IMG/VR virus record: IMGVR_UViG_3300020045_017028
Span: 1-44,699 of that record
DNA length: 44,699 nucleotides
Reading direction: 5' to 3' (one strand)
From: a virus
Taxonomy: Duplodnaviria; Caudoviricetes
Shown here: piece by piece, positions 10,282-19,043 of the stretch
Layout: each line of letters opens with the position of its first letter
How positions within the stretch are numbered: the stretch's first letter is position 1
The notes under the pieces: model-generated
What the model saw: the letters and a program-made list of their open reading frames with translations, nothing else
What the model was told of the DNA's origin: nothing
Databases searched by the model: none
Translations under genes and position numbers: made by a program

Positions 10282-11223
10282 AATCAAAATATCAACTCCA
10301 TTTTCGCTTGCATCATAACCGGAAATAGACGGTGTTGCAGTAAACCATGTTTTTGGAGAAGATCCTACAACATGGAATGTTTGACCTGTAGCAAATACAC
10401 CTGTCAATTCAACCTGTCCATTTACAATTGCAGCTGCAGATGGAGTTATAACAACTCCTGTTGCTTTGTTTGTAACAATGAACAAATCTTCATTTTCAAG
10501 TTTAACACCAAGTTTTGCAACCAGGTCTGTTTCAGCACAAAGTGTTTGTACATCCAAATACAATTTTGTTGTAGTTGAAGGTGTAGAACCTTTATTTATT
10601 GCAACGTCAATCAGGCCAACCAAAGATAATAGTTCGTAACCACCTGTAAGAATGATACCGTTTTTAATCATCTCAACAGGGCTCATTGAAATCTGGAATC
10701 TGTTTTTGTAAGGAGTTGTTTTAAAGTCACCCAATACAGGAGATGGAGCATACATGAATTTTGGAGATAACCCTGAAATTTTCAGAGTTAAACCTTTTCC
10801 ATCTCTACGTGCAAGAATTTTTCCTTCAATATCAATTTCAATAAGGTCGTAACCGGAACCAAGCATTGACTGTAATGCTTCGGCAAAACAAAGTCCGCCT
10901 TTAATTGTTTCAAAGGTTCTGTTGTAAATACCATACATTAAGAATACAATCGTTCCATCATCAAGAGTAACTGTAACGTCACTTTCGGCAGAGTTAGTAA
11001 CTGTAACTATTGGAGCCTTTTGTCCAAATAGCGGGTAAATTCTTTTACCTTTATCTTCGTGCAATAATGGAGTAAAGAAGGTCATTGGCTCTTCAAGATC
11101 TACAAAATCGCATTCGAAATCGTCAGGAACCAATAAAAACATTGCAGGTGCAAGCATTGCTACGTCGCACTCGCCACCGGTGTTTTTCATTGAGTTGCCT
11201 TGTTTACATGCTTTAACTATCAT
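10276..11223 (-). CDS. Major tail (tube) protein with C-terminal beta-sandwich extension
   Basis: 315 aa. N-terminal C....NTG..C pattern seen in Bacteroidota-phage tube proteins. Lies between the neck genes and the tape measure gene. Confidence 0.75.
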   Translation of the reverse strand: MIVKACKQGNSMKNTGGECDVAMLAPAMFLLVPDDFECDFVDLEEPMTFFTPLLHEDKGKRIYPLFGQKAPIVTVTNSAESDVTVTLDDGTIVFLMYGIYNRTFETIKGGLCFAEALQSMLGSGYDLIEIDIEGKILARRDGKGLTLKISGLSPKFMYAPSPVLGDFKTTPYKNRFQISMSPVEMIKNGIILTGGYELLSLVGLIDVAINKGSTPSTTTKLYLDVQTLCAETDLVAKLGVKLENEDLFIVTNKATGVVITPSAAAIVNGQVELTGVFATGQTFHVVGSSPKTWFTATPSISGYDASENGVDILIP

Positions 11224-11224
11224 T

Positions 11225-11743
11225 TTAACAATTTTTAGGTTGATTTAAATTAATTTCCAAGTTCAGTATTTCAATTATGTCAACATAATCTGAAAGCCCT
11301 TGTCCAATTGGTTGTTGTCCTGGACTATCCATTTTTGTATGAACTATATAATCAGGATCGTTAACAATAGTGAATCTTGACCAAGCCAAACGTTTTAAAA
11401 ACTCGTAGTAGCATGGATAAAGAATTTTCTTAAATGATCCAAACTCTTCATATTTTTCAAGAATCCTTTCAGTGTTTTCTGCAGAACTTAATGTTGCAAT
11501 GACAATTCTTGGAATTACTATAGATGCGTAAAAACCTGAACCACGTTTCTCACGTATAGGTAAAACCATTGCAATTAAAGGGTATTTTAAACCCTTCATT
11601 GTTATCGAATTATCAAGATCGTTTAAAGATTTAATGATGTCAGAATTCCTTCCTGGTTGATAATAAACTTTATCAATACCTTCAACTGACATTGAATCAA
11701 CAACATCTTTAATGATATTAACAAGTATTACATCTTCGTTCAT
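11225..11743 (-). CDS. Putative tail terminator / head-tail joining protein
   Basis: 172 aa with a KYPLIAMV motif, immediately upstream of the tube gene. Confidence 0.55.
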   Translation of the reverse strand: MNEDVILVNIIKDVVDSMSVEGIDKVYYQPGRNSDIIKSLNDLDNSITMKGLKYPLIAMVLPIREKRGSGFYASIVIPRIVIATLSSAENTERILEKYEEFGSFKKILYPCYYEFLKRLAWSRFTIVNDPDYIVHTKMDSPGQQPIGQGLSDYVDIIEILNLEINLNQPKNC

Positions 11744-11745
11744 AA

Positions 11746-12594
11746 CTAAAATCCAAAAAGGTTAACTCCTCCAATTTTACAAATTTCATTAGTATAACAA
11801 TAATTACTACTGCTATACTCAGGGTACATTACAGAATTATCGGCGTTTTTTTGTTTCCTCAAAAAATAAGCGCAAGCACGTCCGTCTTTTGAGAAGTTCA
11901 TCCAAGCCTTTATCATTTTATCTGCAGGTGATACGCTAACACCTGATTCAGATTTACTTGTTTTAGAACCAACGCCTGTTGTTTGAACAGCATTTGTCTC
12001 TTGCAAATAAAAGTAAATATAATATGCAATAAGGCTAGTGTCAAGCGATTCTCCATAAACAAGACCTTTCCATTTTTCATTTGTACCTGTTATATAAGAA
12101 CCGTAAATTAACTTATCCATCCTTTCAGATGTTTCAGTTAAAAGTAAATCGTAAAGACGATCTCCTATTACTTTTGACATACACTCTGGTTCATAACGCT
12201 CTATAAACGAATTTAATTTTTCAAGAGATGCGTCACCAACTTTCGCAATGTTTGGTATATTTATATCTCTGATAAAAAAACCGTTACTTATTAAGTAAGA
12301 GCCAAAAGGATAAACAACTGTTCTTGCTGGCTGGAAATGTACATTGTACCACTGATTTAAAGCAAACTCGTCATCTGCTATTATTAAAGCAAATGAACCG
12401 GTATCAGGATTCCATGAATAATCAAAGTTTTTAATCATTGGAGATCTTCTTCCAACTTCTGATATTATTATCTCGTATCCACGGTAGTCAGGTTTTCCTA
12501 ATGTTCCGTCAAAAACAAAAGACGACGAACCTGCAACAAGTCCGGCTGTTACACCAACTCGTATCTGTTCGTCGTTTTTTACAATCAATGCCAT
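11746..12594 (-). CDS. Putative head-tail adaptor with an extra N-terminal domain
   Basis: C-terminal helical part (LNSFIERYEPE..SLIAYYIYF..TTGVG) resembles Bacteroidota-phage adaptors. The N-terminal 86 aa are paralogous to part of the gene at 1-1142. Confidence 0.6.
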   Translation of the reverse strand: MALIVKNDEQIRVGVTAGLVAGSSSFVFDGTLGKPDYRGYEIIISEVGRRSPMIKNFDYSWNPDTGSFALIIADDEFALNQWYNVHFQPARTVVYPFGSYLISNGFFIRDINIPNIAKVGDASLEKLNSFIERYEPECMSKVIGDRLYDLLLTETSERMDKLIYGSYITGTNEKWKGLVYGESLDTSLIAYYIYFYLQETNAVQTTGVGSKTSKSESGVSVSPADKMIKAWMNFSKDGRACAYFLRKQKNADNSVMYPEYSSSNYCYTNEICKIGGVNLFGF

Positions 12595-12614
12595 TTTTTA
12601 ACCTTTACTTATTT

Positions 12615-13025
12615 TTACTTCTTAGCTGTTGCTATTGGACGGAGATAACCTTTTACTGTTGTACCTCCGCTTTGCAAGACATAATATCTTTTATAAAGCG
12701 GATTTGTTACAGTCCATGTTTTCTCATTTACGGCTGCATTTGAAAGTGTGAGTGTATCTCCAACAGGCTTCCATGTTCCTGTGCTATCCCAGGTAGTTCC
12801 ATACAATCTTACTGTTCCTGCCATTGTACCACTTGTTCGTGAAACCAAAACCTGTATCTGCATTATTGAACTTGAACCAGGTGTTATATCCAAATAAGAA
12901 GTATCAACTGTTGCGTCACTGATTATTGACTGGGGATTTGTGACAGTTCCCTTAAATTTTGTTTGGGCGTCTGATACCGAAAGCATTCCGGCTATAAACG
13001 TAGCCAATAAAAGAAACTTTTTCAT
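12615..13025 (-). CDS. Signal-peptide-bearing beta-sandwich protein, possible capsid decoration
   Basis: Starts MKKFLLLATFIAGMLSVSDA|QTK (Sec/SPase I-like), followed by a T/S/V-rich beta domain. Directly downstream of the capsid gene. Confidence 0.6.
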   Translation of the reverse strand: MKKFLLLATFIAGMLSVSDAQTKFKGTVTNPQSIISDATVDTSYLDITPGSSSIMQIQVLVSRTSGTMAGTVRLYGTTWDSTGTWKPVGDTLTLSNAAVNEKTWTVTNPLYKRYYVLQSGGTTVKGYLRPIATAKK

Positions 13026-13085
13026 TTTATAAAATTAAGTTTTTAGATAATCTTGTTTAAAACATTAAGTCGGGTACGGATTAAA

Positions 13086-14483
13086 TTAAGGTGCCACAGG
13101 CTTAGTGATTTCTTCAATGATATTTTCAAAGGTGTCGTACAAAAACGCACCAGTGTAGATATCGTTAAAGAACTGGTGAACCCTCATTTCACCAATGGCT
13201 GTTACAAGGTTCTTTGTAAAGTCATCATTTTCCCAACCCCAGTCGATCATGAAATCCTTGTAAATAAGGATTCTGTAGTAGTTCAGGAATGCAAACTGAA
13301 CGTGACCTACTTCTATATTGTAGTCTTCAACTACAACAGCGCCGGCAACATTCTTTCCATTTGCTGTAACAAAAGGTGGTAAAAGGTAAACACCGGAATT
13401 GTCTGCCTTTGATAAATCCATGTTTGTTGAATCAATTGGATTTATAAAGATAGTTATTGGACCCTGTAATAAACCAGATCTCATATAACCAACACCAGCC
13501 CTTAAGGCATCCATGTAATTAGGTGTTGTTGTTTTAATTCCAGAATCTGCAGGCCAATCAATAGAAAGTGTTTGTATTCCGGTAATATCTTCAGGGTCAG
13601 CAACAGCGTCTCCAACCATCGCTCTTTCGTTTGCTTTGATCATAACCTTGTAACGAAGTTCATCTTCGATAAATGTTACCATCCCTTCAATATCCTGTAA
13701 AAGTTCAGTTCCTGCTTTTGCACTATCTGCAATTTTCTTTGCATTACTTGTTGCAGCAACAATTTTGAAACTAACTCCAGGTTTTGCAACTCCAGGTCCA
13801 ATGAATGCGGCTGAACCCTGTGGATTTGTTTTATTAACCCAAACATAAGTTGCTGCAGAAGATCTTCCTTTTTTAATATAATCCCAGAAGTTTGGCTGAA
13901 TTCTTACAAAATCATTGATACCGCCTTCGTACTGAGTTTTTCCAATGTAAGGAGAACTTGTACTGTTAACTGTAGATACGTGCATAGGGCTATCAAGCCT
14001 TAATTCCATTTGAGGAATACTTCTGTTAGCACGAACAGTTTTAGGGTCAAGTTGTTCTTTATTTTTTTCAACCCACCTGGTAACCTGGGCACGAATGCTC
14101 ATGTCTTCACCTCTGTCTTCAGCTTTTTCCAGCTTAGCTGAAAGCCTTTGCATTTCAAGACCCTGGCGAGCGATAATTTGCATAACACCTTCTTTCTCGT
14201 CAACCAATGCACGAAGAGATTCAATAGAAACCCCTTTCATTGAATCAGCCTGGCTTTCACGAATTGCTTCAAGTTCAGCTTTTGTTGCAATACCTTCAAG
14301 GCTTTTGTCAAAACGTTTCTGAATTTCCGCAAGCAATTCTTCAGAAGTTCGTTTATCAGGAGCAGGAGGTTTTGGATCACTTCCTTCTTCTTTATATGCA
14401 ACGCTATTGAAAACACTGTGAGGATGTCTTCTTGAAACATATTTTGGCGCAAATTGTTTTGGCGCAAAAAATTTACTGTTCAT
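13086..14483 (-). CDS. Major capsid protein (HK97 fold) with N-terminal coiled-coil delta-like domain
   Basis: 465 aa. Motifs AAFIGPGVAKP, KKIA, ELLQD, FIEDEL and WENDDFTKNLVTAIGEMR. Follows the prohead protease. Confidence 0.92.
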   Translation of the reverse strand: MNSKFFAPKQFAPKYVSRRHPHSVFNSVAYKEEGSDPKPPAPDKRTSEELLAEIQKRFDKSLEGIATKAELEAIRESQADSMKGVSIESLRALVDEKEGVMQIIARQGLEMQRLSAKLEKAEDRGEDMSIRAQVTRWVEKNKEQLDPKTVRANRSIPQMELRLDSPMHVSTVNSTSSPYIGKTQYEGGINDFVRIQPNFWDYIKKGRSSAATYVWVNKTNPQGSAAFIGPGVAKPGVSFKIVAATSNAKKIADSAKAGTELLQDIEGMVTFIEDELRYKVMIKANERAMVGDAVADPEDITGIQTLSIDWPADSGIKTTTPNYMDALRAGVGYMRSGLLQGPITIFINPIDSTNMDLSKADNSGVYLLPPFVTANGKNVAGAVVVEDYNIEVGHVQFAFLNYYRILIYKDFMIDWGWENDDFTKNLVTAIGEMRVHQFFNDIYTGAFLYDTFENIIEEITKPVAP

Positions 14484-14485
14484 TT

Positions 14486-15232
14486 TTAAAATTTTAAATT
14501 GTCAATTAAATATTTATAGTCGATACCTATTTCAGTCGGCTTAACGTTTTCGAGTGCTCTTTGCTTTGCATCCAGCGGCTCTTGATCTTTAAGTGACATA
14601 CATCTGGTAAATATGTGTCGTGCCTTAAGTTTTTGTGAATTTGGAAGATCGCTAATGAAATTCTCAACATCTTCCTGTAATTCTTCAATATCTTCTAATC
14701 CACGTAAACAATATGTTTCAAGGTCTGAAGGTATATCAACACCTGAAATTTCAAATAATCTTGCTTCAAGAATTATTAAGCTGTCAGTTTCATCTTCCCA
14801 TTCAACCTTATCCCAAATATGCCTGAAACCAACAGAAAAATTATTTATTGTTCCACTCTTGATTTGTACAAGCAAATCGTTTGCCCAAGGTACATTATCT
14901 AATGGAACTGTTTTAAAGTATAGTCCAATTTCATCTTCAATTAATTCAGCAAAAAGAGAGCAACTTTTACCGTGTCTATCTCTAAACTTGATTTTAAAAT
15001 TGCTTTTTGCACCAGGTCCCATTTCTGAGATACTTTTTGCAAACGCTCCTTTAACAAACTTTTCTCCATGCCCATTTCTTGATCCCCATATAACACCATA
15101 GCCTTCAATAATCCTTTGGTCAATCAACTTATCAAAATCAGTTGATTTTCTTTCAGAAATATTAACATTAAAGTAGCTTATTGGAGTTGACCTCTTTTTA
15201 AACTCTTCTATTTTACTATGCAGCTTTACCAC
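14486..15232 (-). CDS. HK97-family prohead protease
   Basis: Motifs IEGYGVIW, GEKFVKGAFAKSI, EDEIGLY, FSVGF and LFEISGVDIPS. Confidence 0.92.
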   Translation of the reverse strand: MVKLHSKIEEFKKRSTPISYFNVNISERKSTDFDKLIDQRIIEGYGVIWGSRNGHGEKFVKGAFAKSISEMGPGAKSNFKIKFRDRHGKSCSLFAELIEDEIGLYFKTVPLDNVPWANDLLVQIKSGTINNFSVGFRHIWDKVEWEDETDSLIILEARLFEISGVDIPSDLETYCLRGLEDIEELQEDVENFISDLPNSQKLKARHIFTRCMSLKDQEPLDAKQRALENVKPTEIGIDYKYLIDNLKF

Positions 15233-16706
15233 TTTTAACAGGTTTTAATTGTGTTGCTTTAGGAGTTTTACCTTGTTCGGCTAAAGTCGGATTTTCTTTA
15301 ATGTAATCAGAATAAAAATATCCTGTTTTACCTGAAATTTCATCCATACCTTGCAAACGCCTGTATTCATTATAATCAATCATACCGGCTTCCCAATCAG
15401 TTACAAGAGAATTGGACATTGCTTCCCTTGCTTGTCCAGCATGAAGTATGTCTTCCTGAAGAACTGGTAAATGATCGTAATCTAAAACCAGTCCTTCAAT
15501 TCCAAAATAATGCTCGTATTGTGCGCATCTCCGCAAAGAAAAAGGGATTATGTTATTTTGGTAAAGATAACTTTCTGCAGAACTACGATTTTCATAAGTG
15601 GCATTTTTGCCACTCATAAGTTCAGCAGGATAACCAAGTCTATCACAAATACCATCAATTCCCATCCTTATAGTTTCCTTTGTTTTCAACTCTTCTACGT
15701 TGAAAGACATTGGATTCCATTTTATTGGAGTTTTACTTATAACATATTGTAACTGTCCCCACGAAAGACCATAACGATTTAAAGCAGTTTGAAGTTCTGT
15801 TTTTTCTTCGTTGTGCATTGGAGTCAATCCAGCCATATCAGGTTTCTGATCGTAACTAAAAACTCCAAGAGGCCCTTTCTTTTTCAAAAGTACGTTGTCA
15901 GCCTCCATAGCTGCGCAAATATTACTGATGAAATAATCAAGACCTTCAACTTTAGATTTTGGTAAGCCTAAATTAGCTTTAAAAGAATCTGTGCTTGCTG
16001 TCAAGCCATCTTTTATAACTAAAATATCTTCAGAATCAATTTCATATCTTTGTCCGTATATACTTAAAGTCCAGCTTTTTATTGGGTTTAAATTACTTTC
16101 GTCTTCAGATAACAAATCAAAATTTTCATTTCTATTTGGCTCTATCCACAACGGAGAAATATTAACCATGAACCTTGTGTAAGTCGCATCAAGACCTTTT
16201 GGACGAATCATAAATACAGGACAGTATCCGTGCTTCTTTGCAATTACAACTTGTTCATTATTGAACTCATGCCAAGTTTGTAATGGGTTTGGTCTTTTAA
16301 ACAACTGTTTTACACGATACTTTTTAGGTATCTTATTTATAACAGAATTTTTTATTGTAGCCCCATTCTCATCAACAAATTCTATCCTTCCATTTGTATC
16401 AGCTTCTGCCAAACGATCAATTACAGCTGCAAGTGGTGAACAATAATCGTAAGCCCAAGACTGCATTAAAACGCTATCTAACCCAAGCCACTGAGGTTTA
16501 TGTCCATTACCACCTTTCATTCTCATTATACCACCTTCATTATCCATAGGGATAAAATCAGCGTTTGAACTAACAGGCCACTTATTTCCTGCTATTGAAC
16601 CAAACATACTTTGCTGTCCACTCAAATCCACCTGGAAATCGCCTCCTGGATCAGACCTACGCATTAGGCTGCTTCTTTTCTCTAAAAGTACCAGGTTGCT
16701 ACTCAC
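15216..16706 (-). CDS. Portal protein
   Basis: 496 aa. Motifs LFKRPNPLQTWHEF and ICDRLGYPAELM..NATYEN..AESYLYQNNIIP (HK97-type portal). The exact start is uncertain. Confidence 0.9.
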   Translation of the reverse strand: MSSNLVLLEKRSSLMRRSDPGGDFQVDLSGQQSMFGSIAGNKWPVSSNADFIPMDNEGGIMRMKGGNGHKPQWLGLDSVLMQSWAYDYCSPLAAVIDRLAEADTNGRIEFVDENGATIKNSVINKIPKKYRVKQLFKRPNPLQTWHEFNNEQVVIAKKHGYCPVFMIRPKGLDATYTRFMVNISPLWIEPNRNENFDLLSEDESNLNPIKSWTLSIYGQRYEIDSEDILVIKDGLTASTDSFKANLGLPKSKVEGLDYFISNICAAMEADNVLLKKKGPLGVFSYDQKPDMAGLTPMHNEEKTELQTALNRYGLSWGQLQYVISKTPIKWNPMSFNVEELKTKETIRMGIDGICDRLGYPAELMSGKNATYENRSSAESYLYQNNIIPFSLRRCAQYEHYFGIEGLVLDYDHLPVLQEDILHAGQAREAMSNSLVTDWEAGMIDYNEYRRLQGMDEISGKTGYFYSDYIKENPTLAEQGKTPKATQLKPVKSGKAA

Positions 16707-16874
16707 TTATAATTTTTCTAATGTTTGTTCAATCTTTTTAACTATCAGCTTATCAAGTTCTGTTGTAGGTCTAACACACTCAGCAATTTTAGACAAAGCT
16801 ATAAGTGCGTCAATACTTTGTTGACGGTCAAGATACTCTTTTGATTTGCTATAATCTTTTGAAAATAGTCCCAT
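16707..16874 (-). CDS. Small hypothetical protein (55 aa)
   Basis: Manual translation MGLFSKDYSKSKEYLDRQQ...; fills the gap and is coupled to its neighbours. Confidence 0.6.
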   Translation of the reverse strand: MGLFSKDYSKSKEYLDRQQSIDALIALSKIAECVRPTTELDKLIVKKIEQTLEKL

Positions 16875-17041
16875 TATACAACAGGTTTATCTTTTTCTCC
16901 TTTTGTTTCTTTTTTATCATCTCCTAGCACTGTAATTATTTCTGCAATTGCAGCTTTAGATGAGTTGGTTGCTGAAATACCTTTTGGAAAATTGTTTTCC
17001 AAAATACTTTTGTCAACATTGTAAGATTTTTTCTTTGCCAT
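16874..17041 (-). CDS. Small hypothetical protein (55 aa)
   Basis: Manual translation MAKKKSYNVDKSILENNF...; TAATG overlap with the next gene. Confidence 0.6.
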   Translation of the reverse strand: MAKKKSYNVDKSILENNFPKGISATNSSKAAIAEIITVLGDDKKETKGEKDKPVV

Positions 17042-17042
17042 G

Positions 17043-18272
17043 TTATGCTCTTTTTAATTCGTTTCTTAAGTATTTTGTATAAACACCGTATCTTATAGAA
17101 TCAAAGCAGTGATTATGCCTTTCAATTGGAACGTTGATAGGCAAACCAGTTATTTTGTCTTTTTCCCAAACATACATTCCTCTTTCACGATGAATGTTCT
17201 TTGAACTGTTTGTATACTTAACATCATAACTTTTTAAACACTTTATACCTGCTGAAATAGACCCTTGTCCTTTTCTTGCAGGCTGTGCGTATTGGATACC
17301 TTCGTTTCTCAATAATCGAATCATATCAGGATCGTGATCACAATAAAGAGGTATCTCTCTATTCCATCCGTTAGCTAAAAGAATTTGCTTAATCTCTGTT
17401 TCTGAAATACCTGGTTTATATGATAACTCCTTGATAAACAATGTATTCTGAACTCTTGCAATTTTCATCAAAGCTGTAGGATCAACACTGTATCCAAAGT
17501 CAATTGAAAATATAGGATCGACATTATTAGGAAACGCACTGTCGTCAACCATCTCCCAATTAGGAAATATTATACCTTCAATATTTCCAGTTAAACCTCT
17601 TGCATATACCTTCCAAAGTTCGTAATCACCTTTTAACACTACAGGAACGCCTGTATCAGTATTAATCATTACTGATCCATCAGGATTGTAAGCAAATGTA
17701 CAGATATTCTCAATTTCGGCGTGTTTCTCTGGAGTTAGAAATGGATTGTGCCTATGATCTGAAATAAATGTTTTTACACCTGGGTTACCAATTAAATCTT
17801 CGTGAGCCCAAAATCTTTCTGATGGGTTATAATCAATTACTGATTGGTCGCTACGTGAGTGCAATTGAAAGAACAACATCTTTAAGAATGTGTTCGCCTC
17901 ATTTACAAATAACCTCTTACGTTTAGCACCCCTTGCTTTCGTTTCATCTTCGAAAGACTTAAACTCAATTATTGAACCACTATGAAAAGTAAAAATATGA
18001 TCTGTTCTGTGATACTGTTTTATAGCACCTTTAAACTCTGGATAAACGTACATTTCAAAATCTCTTAATGCTCCACCTTTAAGGTGTGGCATTGACATTG
18101 AAGTAACTGTTGTAATTCCAGCGTTAACTCCTTTCTCTTCCATTGCAAGCGTAGCAAGAGCAGGTAATATATTAACTGTCTTTCCGCTCCAAGAGCCGCC
18201 TTGATGAACAACTGTTCGCCCGCCTGACCTGAGAAAATCTAGTGTTCGAGAATATATGGGCGTAATTTTCAT
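17043..18272 (-). CDS. terL: Terminase large subunit (PBSX/SPP1-like)
   Basis: Walker A GGSWSGKT, Walker B LFVNEAN, DYNP coupling motif, nuclease motifs IDFGYSVDPT and NHCFDSIRYG. Likely start MKITP at 18272. Confidence 0.95.
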   Translation of the reverse strand: MKITPIYSRTLDFLRSGGRTVVHQGGSWSGKTVNILPALATLAMEEKGVNAGITTVTSMSMPHLKGGALRDFEMYVYPEFKGAIKQYHRTDHIFTFHSGSIIEFKSFEDETKARGAKRKRLFVNEANTFLKMLFFQLHSRSDQSVIDYNPSERFWAHEDLIGNPGVKTFISDHRHNPFLTPEKHAEIENICTFAYNPDGSVMINTDTGVPVVLKGDYELWKVYARGLTGNIEGIIFPNWEMVDDSAFPNNVDPIFSIDFGYSVDPTALMKIARVQNTLFIKELSYKPGISETEIKQILLANGWNREIPLYCDHDPDMIRLLRNEGIQYAQPARKGQGSISAGIKCLKSYDVKYTNSSKNIHRERGMYVWEKDKITGLPINVPIERHNHCFDSIRYGVYTKYLRNELKRA

Positions 18273-18278
18273 TACAAT

Positions 18279-18310
18279 GCAATATAAGAAGTAAGTAGCA
18301 TACCACCAAA
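18279..18310 (-). promoter_or_regulatory. Bacteroidota-type promoter for terL
   Basis: TTTG (18307-18310), 20-nt spacer, TATATTGC (18279-18286), then 6 nt to the ATG. Confidence 0.6.
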
Positions 18311-18348
18311 AAAAGTTATCCACATTGGTTAATAACTCGATCCACTAG

Positions 18349-18386
18349 TACGAAACTGTTCGTAGATCATTACGAAACTGTTCGTA
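18349..18386. repeat. Two identical 16-bp palindromic sites TACGAA-ACTG-TTCGTA (operator-like)
   Basis: Copies at 18349-18364 and 18371-18386, a 22-bp period. Confidence 0.85.
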
Positions 18387-18404
18387 ATTATAATCTAATT
18401 AATA

Positions 18405-18683
18405 TTATATCTTGCGATATTCTTCAATAAGTAAAAGCCTATCTATTTCAGCTGCTATTAATGCAGCAGAAACAACAAGATTATCTATTTGGCTTCGTTT
18501 ATCAGTTTTTTCTTCAAAACGTTCAAAACCATCTTGTTTATATATACCTTCTCGTGTTAAAGCGTATAATGAAGCCTTTAGTAACTCTCCATTATCTTGC
18601 TCAATATCGTGAACGTCAGTTGTTCCAAACATCACTATTTGACGCTCTCTTTCACTTTTGATTAAATCTAATGCTTGTTCCAT
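18405..18683 (-). CDS. Conserved phage helical protein (ERxRQ..GEL..AALIAAEIDRL family)
   Basis: Motifs IKSERERQ, NGELLKAS and LVVSAALIAAEIDRL. Confidence 0.7.
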   Translation of the reverse strand: MEQALDLIKSERERQIVMFGTTDVHDIEQDNGELLKASLYALTREGIYKQDGFERFEEKTDKRSQIDNLVVSAALIAAEIDRLLLIEEYRKI

Positions 18684-18727
18684 AATTAAAATTTTTTACT
18701 TTATACAATATTTCCTCAAAATTAAAA

Positions 18728-18848
18728 GCGCAAGCTACGGTAAGGTTTGTTTTTCTGCGATCTCCTCTAAGGGCCGGTTACCCAGGATCGTCTTACGATA
18801 ACCTTTTCACGTTGTGCGTACTCATATTTCGAGTGCCCATTCCAGGGC
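18728..18848 (-). ncRNA. Candidate structured ncRNA
   Basis: GC-rich intergenic tract with nested pairings ACG/CGT, AAGGTT/AACCTT, CGATC/GATCG and GGG/CCC, plus two small hairpins (GCCC..GGGC, ACTC..GAGT). Strand inferred from the genome's orientation. Confidence 0.5.
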
Positions 18849-18860
18849 TTGGTTTTTAGT

Positions 18861-18906
18861 TTAATGTTCGGACTCGAACCGACTGCTCACCATTTTGAGA
18901 CATTAA
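18861..18906 (-). ncRNA. Minimal tRNA-like element lacking the anticodon arm (46 nt)
   Basis: TTAATGT-[CTCA AAATGG TGAG]-CAG-[TCGG TTCGAGT CCGA]-ACATTAA. Confidence 0.65.
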
Positions 18907-19043
18907 GGAGATTTATTTTGAAATACCAGGAAAAATTTGCAGACGATTTATTTTGAAAAGTTGGAAAAGATTTATGGGTGGGGGGAACGGCCAAAAACAT
19001 TTTGAGATTTTTTTATCTCAGAATGTTAGTAACTTGTTAGTAA

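Noticed and set aside
13047-13091. Possible +1 frameshift at the capsid gene end (CCT-TAA)
   Set aside because: CCT is not the established CCC shift codon, and the +1 frame gives a featureless 14-aa peptide (NLIRTRLNVLNKII).
14440-14483. Capsid N-terminus MNSKFFAPKQFAPK as a Prp-cleavage (NLQFFA) motif
   Set aside because: Only a partial match; the phage encodes its own prohead protease and the host appears to be Bacteroidota. The short FAPK duplication is real but has no evident function.
18273-18323. N-terminal extension of terL given in the ORF track
   Set aside because: It overlaps the promoter and DnaA box and encodes an implausible aromatic peptide; the ATG at 18272 fits better.
18349-18386. 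loxP site or mini-CRISPR array
   Set aside because: TACGAA/TTCGTA resembles lox arms, but orientation and spacing are wrong and no recombinase is present. Two 16-bp repeats with a 6-nt gap do not form a CRISPR array.
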